This document shows positions 18,998-29,600 of a stretch of 64,000 nucleotides of DNA, one piece after another. The translations under genes were made by a program, and so were the position numbers. How positions within the stretch are numbered: the stretch's first letter is position 1; every line of letters starts with the position of its first letter. The DNA is taken from the NCBI GenBank assembly GCA_044344255.1, contig JBIJDH010000025.1, positions 52,477 through 116,476 on the forward strand. The letters run 5' to 3'. The stretch is from Myxococcota bacterium. Its GTDB lineage: Bacteria; Myxococcota_A; UBA796; UBA2385. The notes beneath the pieces are model-generated. The model ran no database searches. It was given only the letters and a program-made list of their open reading frames with translations, and was not told the origin of the DNA.

Positions 18998-20455
18998 ATG
19001 CGCGCCGCTCTTCCCCTTCGGTCGCCTGAGCCCCTCGGCCTCCCCGTTGCGCGGGCGACGAGCTCCCCGCGGGGGTTCGGCTTCGCCCTGGCGCTGATCG
19101 CCGGCCTCGGCGCCATGGCCTGCCACCGCCCGGTGGAGCGGTCGGTTCACCCCGAGAAGCCCGACGTGGTCTTGATCGTCGTCGATACCCTCCGCATGAG
19201 CGAGATGAATCAGTACGGCTACGCGCGGCCCACCGCCGTCGCCCTCGATCGGTTCGCCGCCGAGTCCACCCGCTTCACCCGGGCCTGGGCGCCTGCGCCC
19301 TGGACCCTCCCCAGCACCGCGACGGCCCTCTCCGGTCTCCTGCCGGCCTCCCACAAGGTGAGGCACCTGGGCGACGTGCTGCCGGACGAGGTCACCACCC
19401 TCGCGGAGCGCCTCCAGGCGGCGGGCTGGACCACCGGGGGCTTTTCGCACAACCACCATGTCTCCCCGCTGACCGGCTTCTCCCAGGGCTTTGAGACCTT
19501 TGAGGCCTATCAGGGCAGCGCCCTCGACGCCCCCTTCACCGGCGAGCTGGTGGACATGATGGAGGGCTGGCTCGATGAGAAGGTGGATGAGCGGCTCTTC
19601 CTCTACAGCCACCCCCTGTCCTGCCATGGCCCCTATGAGGTGCCCTGGACCCGCCGGCGCACCCTGCTCGGCGAGGCCCCGAGCGACGCCTTCGTCTACG
19701 GCGAGGCCCCGATGAAGCCCATCATGAATGGGCGGCTCAAGAGTCGGGAGCGGGTGAAGAAGCGGCACCTGCAGAGCCACCGTGACCAGTACGACACGGC
19801 CATTCGATACACCTTGGACGAGGTGGGCCGGCTGCTCGAGGGGCTGCGGGAGTCCGGCGTCTATGACGACGCGCTGATCATCCTCACCGCAGACCACGGC
19901 GAGGAGCTCTATGACCACCAGGGCTTCGGCCACGGGTACTCCCTCTACGACGAGGTGCTGCGGGTGCCCCTCTTCGTGAAGCTGCCGGGTCAGAAGGAGG
20001 GCGCGGTCTCCGACGTGACCGCCAGCCTCGCCGACATCGTGCCCACCGTGCTCTCGCTCGTGGGCGAGCCCGTGCCCGAGGGGCTGCCGGGGCGCTCGCT
20101 CCTCCCCGCCCTCGCTGGCGCACCCGACGACCCCGACCGCGTCCTGCTCTTCGACGTCGATTGGCCGAACCGCTGCCAAGGGCGGGGTGTCCTGCGGGGC
20201 TCCTGGAAGCTCATCACCCTCGACGCCTGCTACGACCAGCCCGCGGACGCTCGGATGTTGTTCAACCTCTCGGAGGACCCTGGTGAGCGCCGCGACCTCG
20301 CGAAGGACGCCACCCTCCTCGAGGCGCAGCTCCGCGCCGAGCTCCTCCGCGCCGACGAGGAGGCGCGGGCGCTCGGCCTCGCCTTGCCGCCGCCGGCCAA
20401 CGTCGCTGGCAGCATGAACACAGAGCTGCTGCGCATGCTCGGCTACGTGCAGTAG
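18998..20455 (+). CDS. Sulfatase-like hydrolase/transferase (Thr at nucleophile position), probable lipoprotein
   Basis: PDVVLIVVDTLR, PWTLPS, TADHGEE, GHGYSLYDEVLRVPL, C-terminal LRMLGYV. Confidence 0.9.
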   Translation: MRAALPLRSPEPLGLPVARATSSPRGFGFALALIAGLGAMACHRPVERSVHPEKPDVVLIVVDTLRMSEMNQYGYARPTAVALDRFAAESTRFTRAWAPAPWTLPSTATALSGLLPASHKVRHLGDVLPDEVTTLAERLQAAGWTTGGFSHNHHVSPLTGFSQGFETFEAYQGSALDAPFTGELVDMMEGWLDEKVDERLFLYSHPLSCHGPYEVPWTRRRTLLGEAPSDAFVYGEAPMKPIMNGRLKSRERVKKRHLQSHRDQYDTAIRYTLDEVGRLLEGLRESGVYDDALIILTADHGEELYDHQGFGHGYSLYDEVLRVPLFVKLPGQKEGAVSDVTASLADIVPTVLSLVGEPVPEGLPGRSLLPALAGAPDDPDRVLLFDVDWPNRCQGRGVLRGSWKLITLDACYDQPADARMLFNLSEDPGERRDLAKDATLLEAQLRAELLRADEEARALGLALPPPANVAGSMNTELLRMLGYVQ

Positions 20456-20509
20456 GGGCGGGGGCTACGCTGGCCCTGCGGGGCGGCCCCGTGCTACGTG
20501 CCCGCCGCA

Positions 20510-22657
20510 ATGTCCGAGCCCCTCGATCCGACCGCTGTCGCGCCTGCTCCTGCCTCGCTGGGAGGCGCGGCGCTCCCCGACGGCCTCCCCCTCCGGCGCA
20601 GCGTCGGCCTCGGCGTCGCCACGCTGGTGGTCCTGTTCGTCATCGACGCGATCGAGACGTCGGACACCGTGCGTCGGGCGGTCAATCGACTGAACGCTGG
20701 ACAGACCGCAGACGACGCCATGCTCGAGTCTGTGTCCTACTATGTGGTCGGCAACGCTGTCTCCTACCTGCTGATCGGCCTCGTGGCCGGCCTCGTGCTG
20801 CACTTCTGGCTGAGGCTGCTGCGCCCGGCGCGCCCCCTGCGCGCGGCGGTGATCGCGCTGCCCGTCGCGGTGCTGCTCGCGTATGGCCGACAGGCCATCC
20901 TGCACCCGGGCCTCCACGACTGGTTCCTGTTCCTCGACCTCTGGGCCTCCCACGTGCCGCCAGAGGCCATGCTGGCCCTGATGGTGCTGCCCGTCTGTGT
21001 CAGCCTCGTGGTCGGCTATCACCGCTCGGCCGGCCTCGGGGACTGGGGGCGGCGAGTGGCCCCCCTGCTCGCCCTCGCCCTCTCGATCGGCGCCCTCTGG
21101 CGGGTGTCTCCAGCGGACCCTGCGGTGAAGAACGACGGTCCGAACATCCTCGTCTTCAGCTTCGATGCGATGCGGACCGACCACATCCACCATTTTGGAT
21201 ATGAGCGGGACATTACCCCCAACCTCGATCGTTTCCTGTCCGAGTCGACGGTCTGGGAGAACGCTTACACCCCGCTGGCCCGCACGCAGCCGGCCTGGAC
21301 CGCGCTGCTCACCGGCACGCTGCCGATCACCAATGAGGTGCGCGACCCCCTGCCCGAGCCCTCGAAGCTCGTGCCGAAGGTGCCGATGCTGCCTCAGGTC
21401 TTGAAGGAGCGTGGCTACCACACCGCCTTCCTGACCGACGACTCCCGCTTCAACTACATGGTCCCTGAGCATGGCTTCGACACCATCGTCCAGCCGCCGC
21501 CCCACATCTCCAACTTCGCGATCTCGGGCTCCGAGCCGAGCTTCCGCGCCTTTTACGGACTGCTCGACAACCCGCTCGGCTGGTTCCTCGTCCCCGCGGT
21601 GCGGATGAACCAGGCCTTTGGCCGGAGCTACGAGAACAAGCGCTTCAACGAGGCCACCCTGCAGGCCATCGCCGACGCCTCGGCCCACGAGCGCTTCTTC
21701 CTGGCGATCCACGACTGCAGCCTGCACTCGCCGGCGGATCGGTATTATCCGTACACGCTCCTCTTCGATCAGGCGTCCTATCAGGGCAAGAATCGATTTC
21801 GGTACGCCTCGCTCGGCTCGGCCTCGCTCTTCGATGACATGAACGAGGAGGAGGAGCGCGCCGCCGCCCAGCAGAACATCAACCTCTACGACGCCGGCAT
21901 GGTGATGATCGACGAGACCTTCGCCGGCCTCCGCGCCCAGCTCGAGGACAGCGGTCTCTGGGAGAATTCGATCGTCGTCTTGATGAGCGACCACGGCGAG
22001 GACTTCTACGAGCCCGATCTCCGCTACTCCTTCGTCGGTCCGAACCACGGCTTCCATCCGTGGGGGCGGGCTCAGCACAACGTGGTCCTGGGCATCCACT
22101 GGCCGGCCTCGATGGCCGCCGCCCACCCGCCCGGCCGCGAGACGCACCTCACCAGCCTGATCGACGTCGTGCCCACCCTCGCCGAGGCGCTGGGCATCCC
22201 CTGGAAGGGCGACGGGCGCTCGCTCTTCGACCGGAGCGAGCGCGTGCTCTACGTGGAGACGGGCCTGTCCGAGAAGAGCTACTGGAGCAAGGAGCACAAG
22301 CGGTACCCCTTCAAGCACAACTCGGCCTACTTCACGGTGGAGGAGGGCTCCGGGCGGGTCTTCGGGCGCACCGAGTTCGCCTCCGCGGTCATCCGCAACA
22401 AGGACCGCTTCGTGATGGACGAGCGGTACAAGCTCATCTGGTACCCGAACGACTCCGGCACCAGCGTGGAGCTGTTCGACTGGGTGGCCGATCCGAACGA
22501 CCGCCGAAACGTCGCCGCGCGCTACCCGGGCCAGGTCGCCAAGCTCTGGGCGGCGCTCCAGCCCCGCCTCGCCCAGGACGGCATCATCGCCCCCGAGCTG
22601 CTCCCTTTCGTTCGGCCGACCACGCCAACTCCGGCGGCCGCGCCCGCCCAGCCCTGA
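20510..22657 (+). CDS. Membrane-bound sulfatase-like hydrolase/transferase
   Basis: About 5 N-terminal TM helices; PNILVFSFDAMR, RTQPAW, SDHGEDF, IDVVPTL. Confidence 0.88.
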   Translation: MSEPLDPTAVAPAPASLGGAALPDGLPLRRSVGLGVATLVVLFVIDAIETSDTVRRAVNRLNAGQTADDAMLESVSYYVVGNAVSYLLIGLVAGLVLHFWLRLLRPARPLRAAVIALPVAVLLAYGRQAILHPGLHDWFLFLDLWASHVPPEAMLALMVLPVCVSLVVGYHRSAGLGDWGRRVAPLLALALSIGALWRVSPADPAVKNDGPNILVFSFDAMRTDHIHHFGYERDITPNLDRFLSESTVWENAYTPLARTQPAWTALLTGTLPITNEVRDPLPEPSKLVPKVPMLPQVLKERGYHTAFLTDDSRFNYMVPEHGFDTIVQPPPHISNFAISGSEPSFRAFYGLLDNPLGWFLVPAVRMNQAFGRSYENKRFNEATLQAIADASAHERFFLAIHDCSLHSPADRYYPYTLLFDQASYQGKNRFRYASLGSASLFDDMNEEEERAAAQQNINLYDAGMVMIDETFAGLRAQLEDSGLWENSIVVLMSDHGEDFYEPDLRYSFVGPNHGFHPWGRAQHNVVLGIHWPASMAAAHPPGRETHLTSLIDVVPTLAEALGIPWKGDGRSLFDRSERVLYVETGLSEKSYWSKEHKRYPFKHNSAYFTVEEGSGRVFGRTEFASAVIRNKDRFVMDERYKLIWYPNDSGTSVELFDWVADPNDRRNVAARYPGQVAKLWAALQPRLAQDGIIAPELLPFVRPTTPTPAAAPAQP

Positions 22658-22702
22658 GGCGGCGCGCGCGAGCGGGAGGGTGAGGCCAAAGGCCAGCCGC
22701 GC

Positions 22703-23509
22703 TCAGCGGGCGGCGAGGGCCTGCTCGTCCTGCTGATCGAGGGCGGTGAGCAGCGAGCTGCGGACGCGGTGGGAGAGCTCCTCGACGTCGTCCTTGGTGA
22801 GGCCCGCGCAGTCGATGGGGTCGCCGAAGATCATCTCGACCGTCCCGCGCTTGATCCGCCAGCCGAGGTTCGGGTTTGTGCAGTCCCAGAGGCCCTTCAT
22901 CGCGAGGGGAAGGATCTGGCCCTGCGTCTCGATGGCCATGTGGAAGGGGCCCTTCTTGAAGGGGCCGAGCTGGCCGTTGCGGGTGCGGGTGCCCTCGGGC
23001 ATGACGCCGATGTTGACGCCGGAGCCCAGGCGCTCGCGCGCGAGGCGATAGGACTCCTTCGCCGAGCTCAGGTTGGCCCGGTCGATCGGGATGTTGCCCC
23101 AGGCGTACAAGAACCAGTTGTAGACCGGGATCTTGAAGTTCTCCTTCTTCTCGATGGCGACCGAGTATCGGGAGAGCACCGCCTGGGCGATGAAGGGATC
23201 GAGGAAGCTGACGTGGTTGCAGTACACGAGGTAGCCGCGGGAGGGATCGACCTTGTGACCGTTGACCACCTTGAGCCGCATCCCGAGGAGGCCGAGCCCG
23301 AGCTTCATCATGAAGTTCGTGTAGGGCAGGAAGCGCTGGGGGTTCATCAAGAAGGCCAGCACCACCACCGAGAGCAAGGCGGGGAAGAACACGCTCCAGC
23401 CGACGACGAAGCGGCTGAGGTCATCCACCGTCTCGATCACGCCGTATCGGCGGCGGAGGCCGGTTTGGGTGTTGGCGGGGACCAGCGCTGTGCCCGTGTC
23501 GGTTCCCAT
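22703..23509 (-). CDS. plsC: 1-acyl-sn-glycerol-3-phosphate acyltransferase (AGPAT)
   Basis: NHVSFLD (HX4D), IDR, PEGTR, FKKGPF; AGGAG upstream of ATG 23509. Confidence 0.92.
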   Translation of the reverse strand: MGTDTGTALVPANTQTGLRRRYGVIETVDDLSRFVVGWSVFFPALLSVVVLAFLMNPQRFLPYTNFMMKLGLGLLGMRLKVVNGHKVDPSRGYLVYCNHVSFLDPFIAQAVLSRYSVAIEKKENFKIPVYNWFLYAWGNIPIDRANLSSAKESYRLARERLGSGVNIGVMPEGTRTRNGQLGPFKKGPFHMAIETQGQILPLAMKGLWDCTNPNLGWRIKRGTVEMIFGDPIDCAGLTKDDVEELSHRVRSSLLTALDQQDEQALAAR

Positions 23510-23600
23510 CTGCTCGCTCCTGACGGGGCCACTCGGAGGATGGAGGGCCTCCGGGGGTGTCCCCTTAGAGCTTAGCGGGCAGACGGGCGAGTTCCACGCC

Positions 23601-26600
23601 TCAGCCAAAACGTGGAAGAGTGGTGACCGAACTGTGACCGGGCCCGAGCGGACCGGGGGCTTGGTAGGCGAGGCCGAGCTCGCTGGCCTCGTAGATGCGC
23701 TTGCCGTCGATCCACAAGGAGGCCCCCCCGCGCACCCAGCCGCGCTCGGCGTCACCGCCGAAGGTGAGGCCGGTCGCGGTGATCACCACGTCGCCGTCGC
23801 CGGGCCGCACCTGCCCCCGGTACCGCCACGAGAGGCTGCCGGGCACGAGCGAATAGCCGCCGGCCGGGGCACCGCAGAGGCCGAAGTGCAGGCGGTGGGC
23901 GGCCTCGAGGGCCTCGAGCATCGCCTCCACGCCGAGCGAGCCCGGCTGGACCGGGTCTTGGAAGAAGTGAGCCTTGAAGTACCAGGACAGTGGGTCAACG
24001 GCCTTCTCGGCTCGCAGCTCCCCCGCCTCGGGCCACCAGCCGGTCACCCGATCGAGCAGGCGGAGCCGGCCGTCGCGGCGGAGCGCCCCCTCGCCGACGG
24101 GCGCCGAGGCCGCGGAGAGGCGCGCGCGCTCGGCGGGAGGGCAGGGGAGGCCCGCCTGGTTGGCCAGGGCCGCGGCCGGGAAGAAGCCGAAGACCGTGCT
24201 CATCGAGCCCACCGGGTGCGGGCCCACCCGGAGGCTGACCGTGAAGGCGACGAGGATCATCCCGGCGCTGCGGCTCAGCCGTTCGAGGCCGAGCTCGGCC
24301 GTGAGGGGGCCCTGGCCGGGGCGCAGCGTCCGGGAGGGCTCTCCGACGAGGGTGAGCTGCCCGTCGAGGTTTCGGAAGAAGAGCTCCTGCTCGGCGCCCA
24401 GGGTGCAGCCGACGAAGGTGGCCAGCCAACCGCAGGGCTGGAGGGCCGCCTCGAGCAGGACGGCGAAGGGCATGGCCCCGGAGTCGTCGAGGTACCAGGC
24501 GCCTTGGGGTATGTCGTACTCGGTGACCGCTCGGATCCCAGCCTGCATCGAGCCGAACTCCCCGTGGATCTCGGTGACGCGGCTGATGAAGTGGTAGGGC
24601 GGCCCGGGCAGGCGGGGCGCACGCTCCGGGCCGTCGAATCGGGCATAACCATGGCCGAAGGCCGCGGAGGGGCGGCCGATGGCGCTGGCGATCAGCGCGT
24701 CCTGGTCAAAGCGGTGGCCGTTCGGTAGGGTCGCGGCCCGCGGGTCGGGGGCGGTGAGGAGGAGCTCGGGCTGGGCGCCGAGCGGCCAGTCGGGCACGAG
24801 AGAGAGGCCGAAGCGCTTGGCGTGAAAGGCCTTGAGCCCGTCTACGGTGCAGAGCAGGTCGGCCCGCACGGTGGGCAGGGGGCCGCTGATGAGCTCCTCG
24901 ATGAAGACCTCGTAGACGAGCCGCTTCGAGCTGGGGGTCACCTGTCCGCGACAGCGCATCGGCACGGTCTCGCCGGTCACCGGCTGGAAGCGCCAGCCGT
25001 CTCGCTCGACGGTGAAGCCGAGGGCCGCCAGCGTGAAGGAGAGGGCCTGGACAGAGCCCTCGAACATGAGCGTCCCCGGCATGCAGGGGTCGCCCTTGAA
25101 GTGACCGGCGAAGTACCAGTCGTCGGGATGGATCTCCGTCTCGGCGCGGAGGTAGCCTCGGCGCCAGGGCCCGCCCGTGGGCTCGAAGGCGGTCACGGCC
25201 TCGAGGAAGAGCATCTGCCCGCCCTGGATGTTCGGCGTACGGACGTGGGCCTTACAGGGGGCCCAGGCCGGCCCGAAACACTCCCACGGCCGCCCCTCCG
25301 CGAAGGCCCGCAGGGCCTCGGGGCCGTAACGAGCGGGGGCGCCGGTGATCGCGGGCGGGTCGAGGCGGGCGTCCGGCGCGGCGACCGCGGTGGCGGGGTC
25401 CCAGAGGATGCCGGCGGAGGCCGCGAGCTCCTCGGTGGTGAAGAAGCCGGCCTGTCCACCGCGCACCCGGATGCGGGGGACACCGTTCACGGTGCAGTCG
25501 TAGTGAAAGAAGAACAGTCGCACGTCGCCCTGCCGCGCGTGCCCATCGACATGGATCTCGTAGCGGAGCGTCTCTCCGGGGGAGGGGAGGTCTCCGAGGA
25601 TCGTCATATCGCAGCCGAGCAGGCGATAGACCCGCTCCCCTCTATTTAGCAGATCGCAGCCGAGGTAGGAGATGAGCAGCAGGTCAGCCTGCCCGGACTC
25701 GATGAGGATGCCGGTGGGCATGCGGCCTTGGTGGAGGTACCAGGAGTCTGCGCGCACGTCCGTCTCTGTCCAGACCACCCCGCGGCCCATCGAGGCCGGC
25801 TCGGCGACGAGATCGGTGACCCGATCGGCGAGAAGGAGGGGAGGCTCGGGCATCCGGCACTGGCGAGGGTAAGCGTCCTGCTCGGCGAAGCGGGGGCCGA
25901 AGACGGTGGAGATCTGCCCCCCTGCGTGCACCGCGAGGGCGGCGCGGTCCATCGTGAAGGCCGCCCCGCGCTCTCCCGTCGGGGCCACCGGCGGAGGGAC
26001 CGGCAGCGCCGCAGGGGCCTGCTCCTCCGCGACGCCCATCGCGGCCAGGAGCCGCGCCTGGCCCCGGGCCTGCTGCTCGAGGAACTGGCGGTGGAGCGCC
26101 GACTGACCGCTCAGGTAGTCGAGGTGCACGCGGTGCACCCGCTCGAGCATCTCCACCGCACCGGCGAGGAGGGGCGCGACCGGGGCGGCCTCCGGTTCGG
26201 CGAAGGTCGGCGCTTGCGCGGCGGGGGCGGCCTCCGGCTCGGCGAGGTCGACTCCCTCCAGGAGGGGAGGGAGGCGGGGCGCGGGGGGCATCGCCGCCGC
26301 TCCCGTGGGGGGAGGAGCCCAGGCGGGGAGGGGCCGCTCGGCGGGCTCGGCCGCGGTCGGGGCCGGGTAGCGCGGGGCGGTCGGGTGGGCGGGGTAGGCG
26401 CGGGTGGGGCCGGGCAAAACGGCGGGCCGGGGGCTGAGCAGCGTGAGGAGCCGCTCCCACGACACCTCGACCCCGGCGGCGAGCAGCGCCCCGGCGGCCT
26501 CGACGAGGGCCTCGACAGGGTGGGCCTTGCGGTCGAGGCTGAGGGCGAGGTGGGGCTGGTCGCCGAGCAGCTCGTCGATCCACCGGCTGCAGGAGCCGCC

Positions 26601-29600
26601 CGGGCCGAGCTCGACGAAGACGCGGACCCCGTCCTGCCAGGCCTGGCGCATCGAGGCCCGCAGGTCGACCGGGCCCGTGGCCTGGGCCCAGAGCTGCTCG
26701 ATGGCGTCGAGGCTGTGCGGATCGTAGGGAGCGGGGCGGGCGCCGCCGTAGACCCGGGGGCCGACCGCCTGGGGTTCGGCCTCGGCGGCCCAGGCGTGGA
26801 CCCGACGCCAGTCGGCCTCAGCGCCCTTCGCCTCACCGACATGCGCCACGACGGGGTAGTCGAGGTTGTTGCAGCGGCTGCGGTCGAAGCGCGCCGCCAC
26901 GCGGCGGAGGGCTGCGGCCTCCCCGGCCACGACCACGTCCTGGTCAGTGTTGTAGACGGTGATGCGGGCGCGAGCCCCCTCGGGTGCGAGCGCGGCCTCC
27001 ACTTCGGCCACCGGGGCCCGGAGGTTCCAGACCGCCCAGTCCACCGAGGAGAGGCCCCAGGCCTCGGCCACCGCTCGACAGGCGCCGCCGAGCTGCTCGG
27101 TGAACAGGTGGGACCGCTCCGCCGCCGCGAGGCTCGGCCCCCAGTCGGCGGGCTGGCGGGCACAGATCAAGGCCGCGGTCTCGCCCGAGGAGTAGCCGAG
27201 CAGGGCGTCCGGCTCGAGGCCGAGGGCGCGCTGGGCGAGCGCGGTCCACATCGCCGAGAGCGCGAGGCTGCCGGTGAGCTTCTGGCGGGTGTCGAGCCCG
27301 TCCAGGCCCCAGCCCTCGGCGAGGACCGCGGCCCACGGCGCCTCGCCGCTCGCCCCGGAGAGCTCGGCGAGGGCAGGGGCGTCTTGCAGCAGGGCTCGGC
27401 CCATGTTCGGGTAGGCGGCGGCGGCCCCGGAGTAGACGAAGGCGAGCGAGCCGCCGAGGGGGGAGGCCGAGACCGACACGCCGGGCCCCCCCGGCCGCCC
27501 GAGGGGCAGGGCTTGACGGGCGTGCGCGAGGCGGCGCGCGAAGCTGGGGCCATCGGCCGCGGCGATCACGATCCGGGCGGGGCCCTCGCCGCCGGGGGGG
27601 CCGGCGAGGCGCTCGATGGCCTGCTCGACGGTGTCCCCGGCCCAGCGCCCCAGGATGGGGGCGGGGCGGGTGCCGTGGACGGCGCCGGGCAGGGCGCGGA
27701 GGCTCACCCGGCCGGGGCGGGCGTCTGTGGGCGGCGCGTCCACCCCGGCCCGTCGCTCCAGCCCGAGGGGCCAGGGCGCCCCGCCCGGAAGGCGGCGGTG
27801 GTGCAAGCAGAGGGCGGCGCTGGCCACGTCGAAGAGTGCGGCGGCGGCGTGCGGCCGGCCGAGGCGGGAGGCGGTGTGGAGGGTCACCTCCCCGGCGGGG
27901 GAGGCCTCCTCCGGCCCTGCGAGGCGGAGGGCGGCGTAAGGAGCGGCGAGGGCGGGATCGTCGCGGCGGCGGAGCAGGAGGGCCACCGCGCCGTCCGAGG
28001 CCTCCGACGAAGGCAGGCCCATGGCCTCGAGGGCGAGCTTGTGGAGCGGCTCGTCGGAGAGGTCGACCGCGGCGACGAGGGCGGCGTCGATCTCCCCCGC
28101 CTCGAGCGCGCGGAGGGCCAGCTCCAGGGCCCGCAGCCCGGAGCCCTCCTCGGCGGAGACCGTGAAGCTGGGGCCGGCGAGGTCGTGCTGGAAGGAGAGG
28201 CGGTTCGCCACGAGGTTCGGCATCGTGCCGAGCACCCCAGCGGCGGGCAGCGGCGGGGCGAAGCTGTCCTGGGCCTGCTGGATGGCCTCGGGCTCGGCCC
28301 CCCAGGCGCGGGCGAGCGAGGGGAGGCGCCAGCGGGCCCCCCAGCGGGCGACCTCGGGATCGGCCCCCATGCCCACATAGACGCCGGTGCGCTCGCGGGG
28401 GAGCCGACCCACTTCGGCGAGGGCCTCGGCGCCAGCCGCCAAGACGAGGGTGTGCTGGGCGAGGGCGAGCTCGAGGTCGCGCGGGGGGAAGCGTGTGTCG
28501 TGGAGGGGGAGGGCGACCGTGCGGAGCCCGGGGAGGGGGCCGGGCGAGGCCGCGAAGAGCCGCTCGGTGAGGGCGGCGCGGTCGGCCCCGAAGCTGCCCG
28601 CGGCGCCCAGACCGACGACGCAGGCCTCGGCCCGCGCCGCCCCGCCTCGGCCCTCGCCGCCTCGCCCCGCGTGCTCGGGGGTGGGGCCTTCGGACCGGTC
28701 GCCCGACAGGCCAGGGGCCTCGAGGAGGAGGTGGGCGTTGTTGCCCCCGAAGCCGAAGGCCGAGATCGCGGCGCGCCGGGGGCCATCCCAGGCCTCGGCG
28801 GCGTGGAGGAGGCGGAAGGGGCCGTCGGCGAGGGCGGGGTTCGGGGCCTCGGCGTGCAGCGTCGGGGGGCGGATCCCGGCCCGCAGGGCCTCCGTGACCT
28901 TGATCACCGCGGCGATGCCGGCGACCGTCACGAGGTGGCCAAGGTTCCCCTTGAGCGAGCCGATCGGCACGTCGTGGAGCCCGGCGTAGAGGCTGCCCAT
29001 GCTCCGGAGCTCGGTGCCGTCCCCCACGGGGGTGCCGGTGGCGTGGCACTCGACCAGCCCGATGTCGGCCGGGCTGAGCCCCGCCGCCGCGTAGGCCGCC
29101 TGGAGCGCGCGCCGCTGGCCCTCCTCGGAGGGGGAGAGCATCCCGCCGCCGCGCCCGTCGTTGGAGAGGCCCACCCCGCGGATGACCGCGTGGATGCGGT
29201 CCCCGTCGCGGAGCGCGTCGGCCTCGCGCTTGAGCACGAGCGCCGCGCAGCCCTCGGCCGGCACGAGCCCGTCGGCCTCCTTGTGGAAGGGGCGGCTCCG
29301 GCCGCTGCGGGAGAGGGCCTGGAGGGCCGCGAAGCCCATGTGGATGAAGAGGTCGTCGGCGCGGTTGACCGCCGCGGCGATCATCACGTCGGCTTCGTGG
29401 TCTTGGAGGCGCTCGGCCGCGAGCTTGATCGCGTAGAGCCCGCTCGCGCAGGCGGCGTCGATCGCGGTGCCGCCCTGGCCGAGGCCGAGGGCCTGCGCGG
29501 CGAGGCGGGCGGGCAGGCCGGACATGAAGCGGTTGCGGCGGTCGACCGGCGTGAGGCCAGCCCGGCGGAGCTCGACCTCGGGCAGGCCGGCCGCGCGGAG

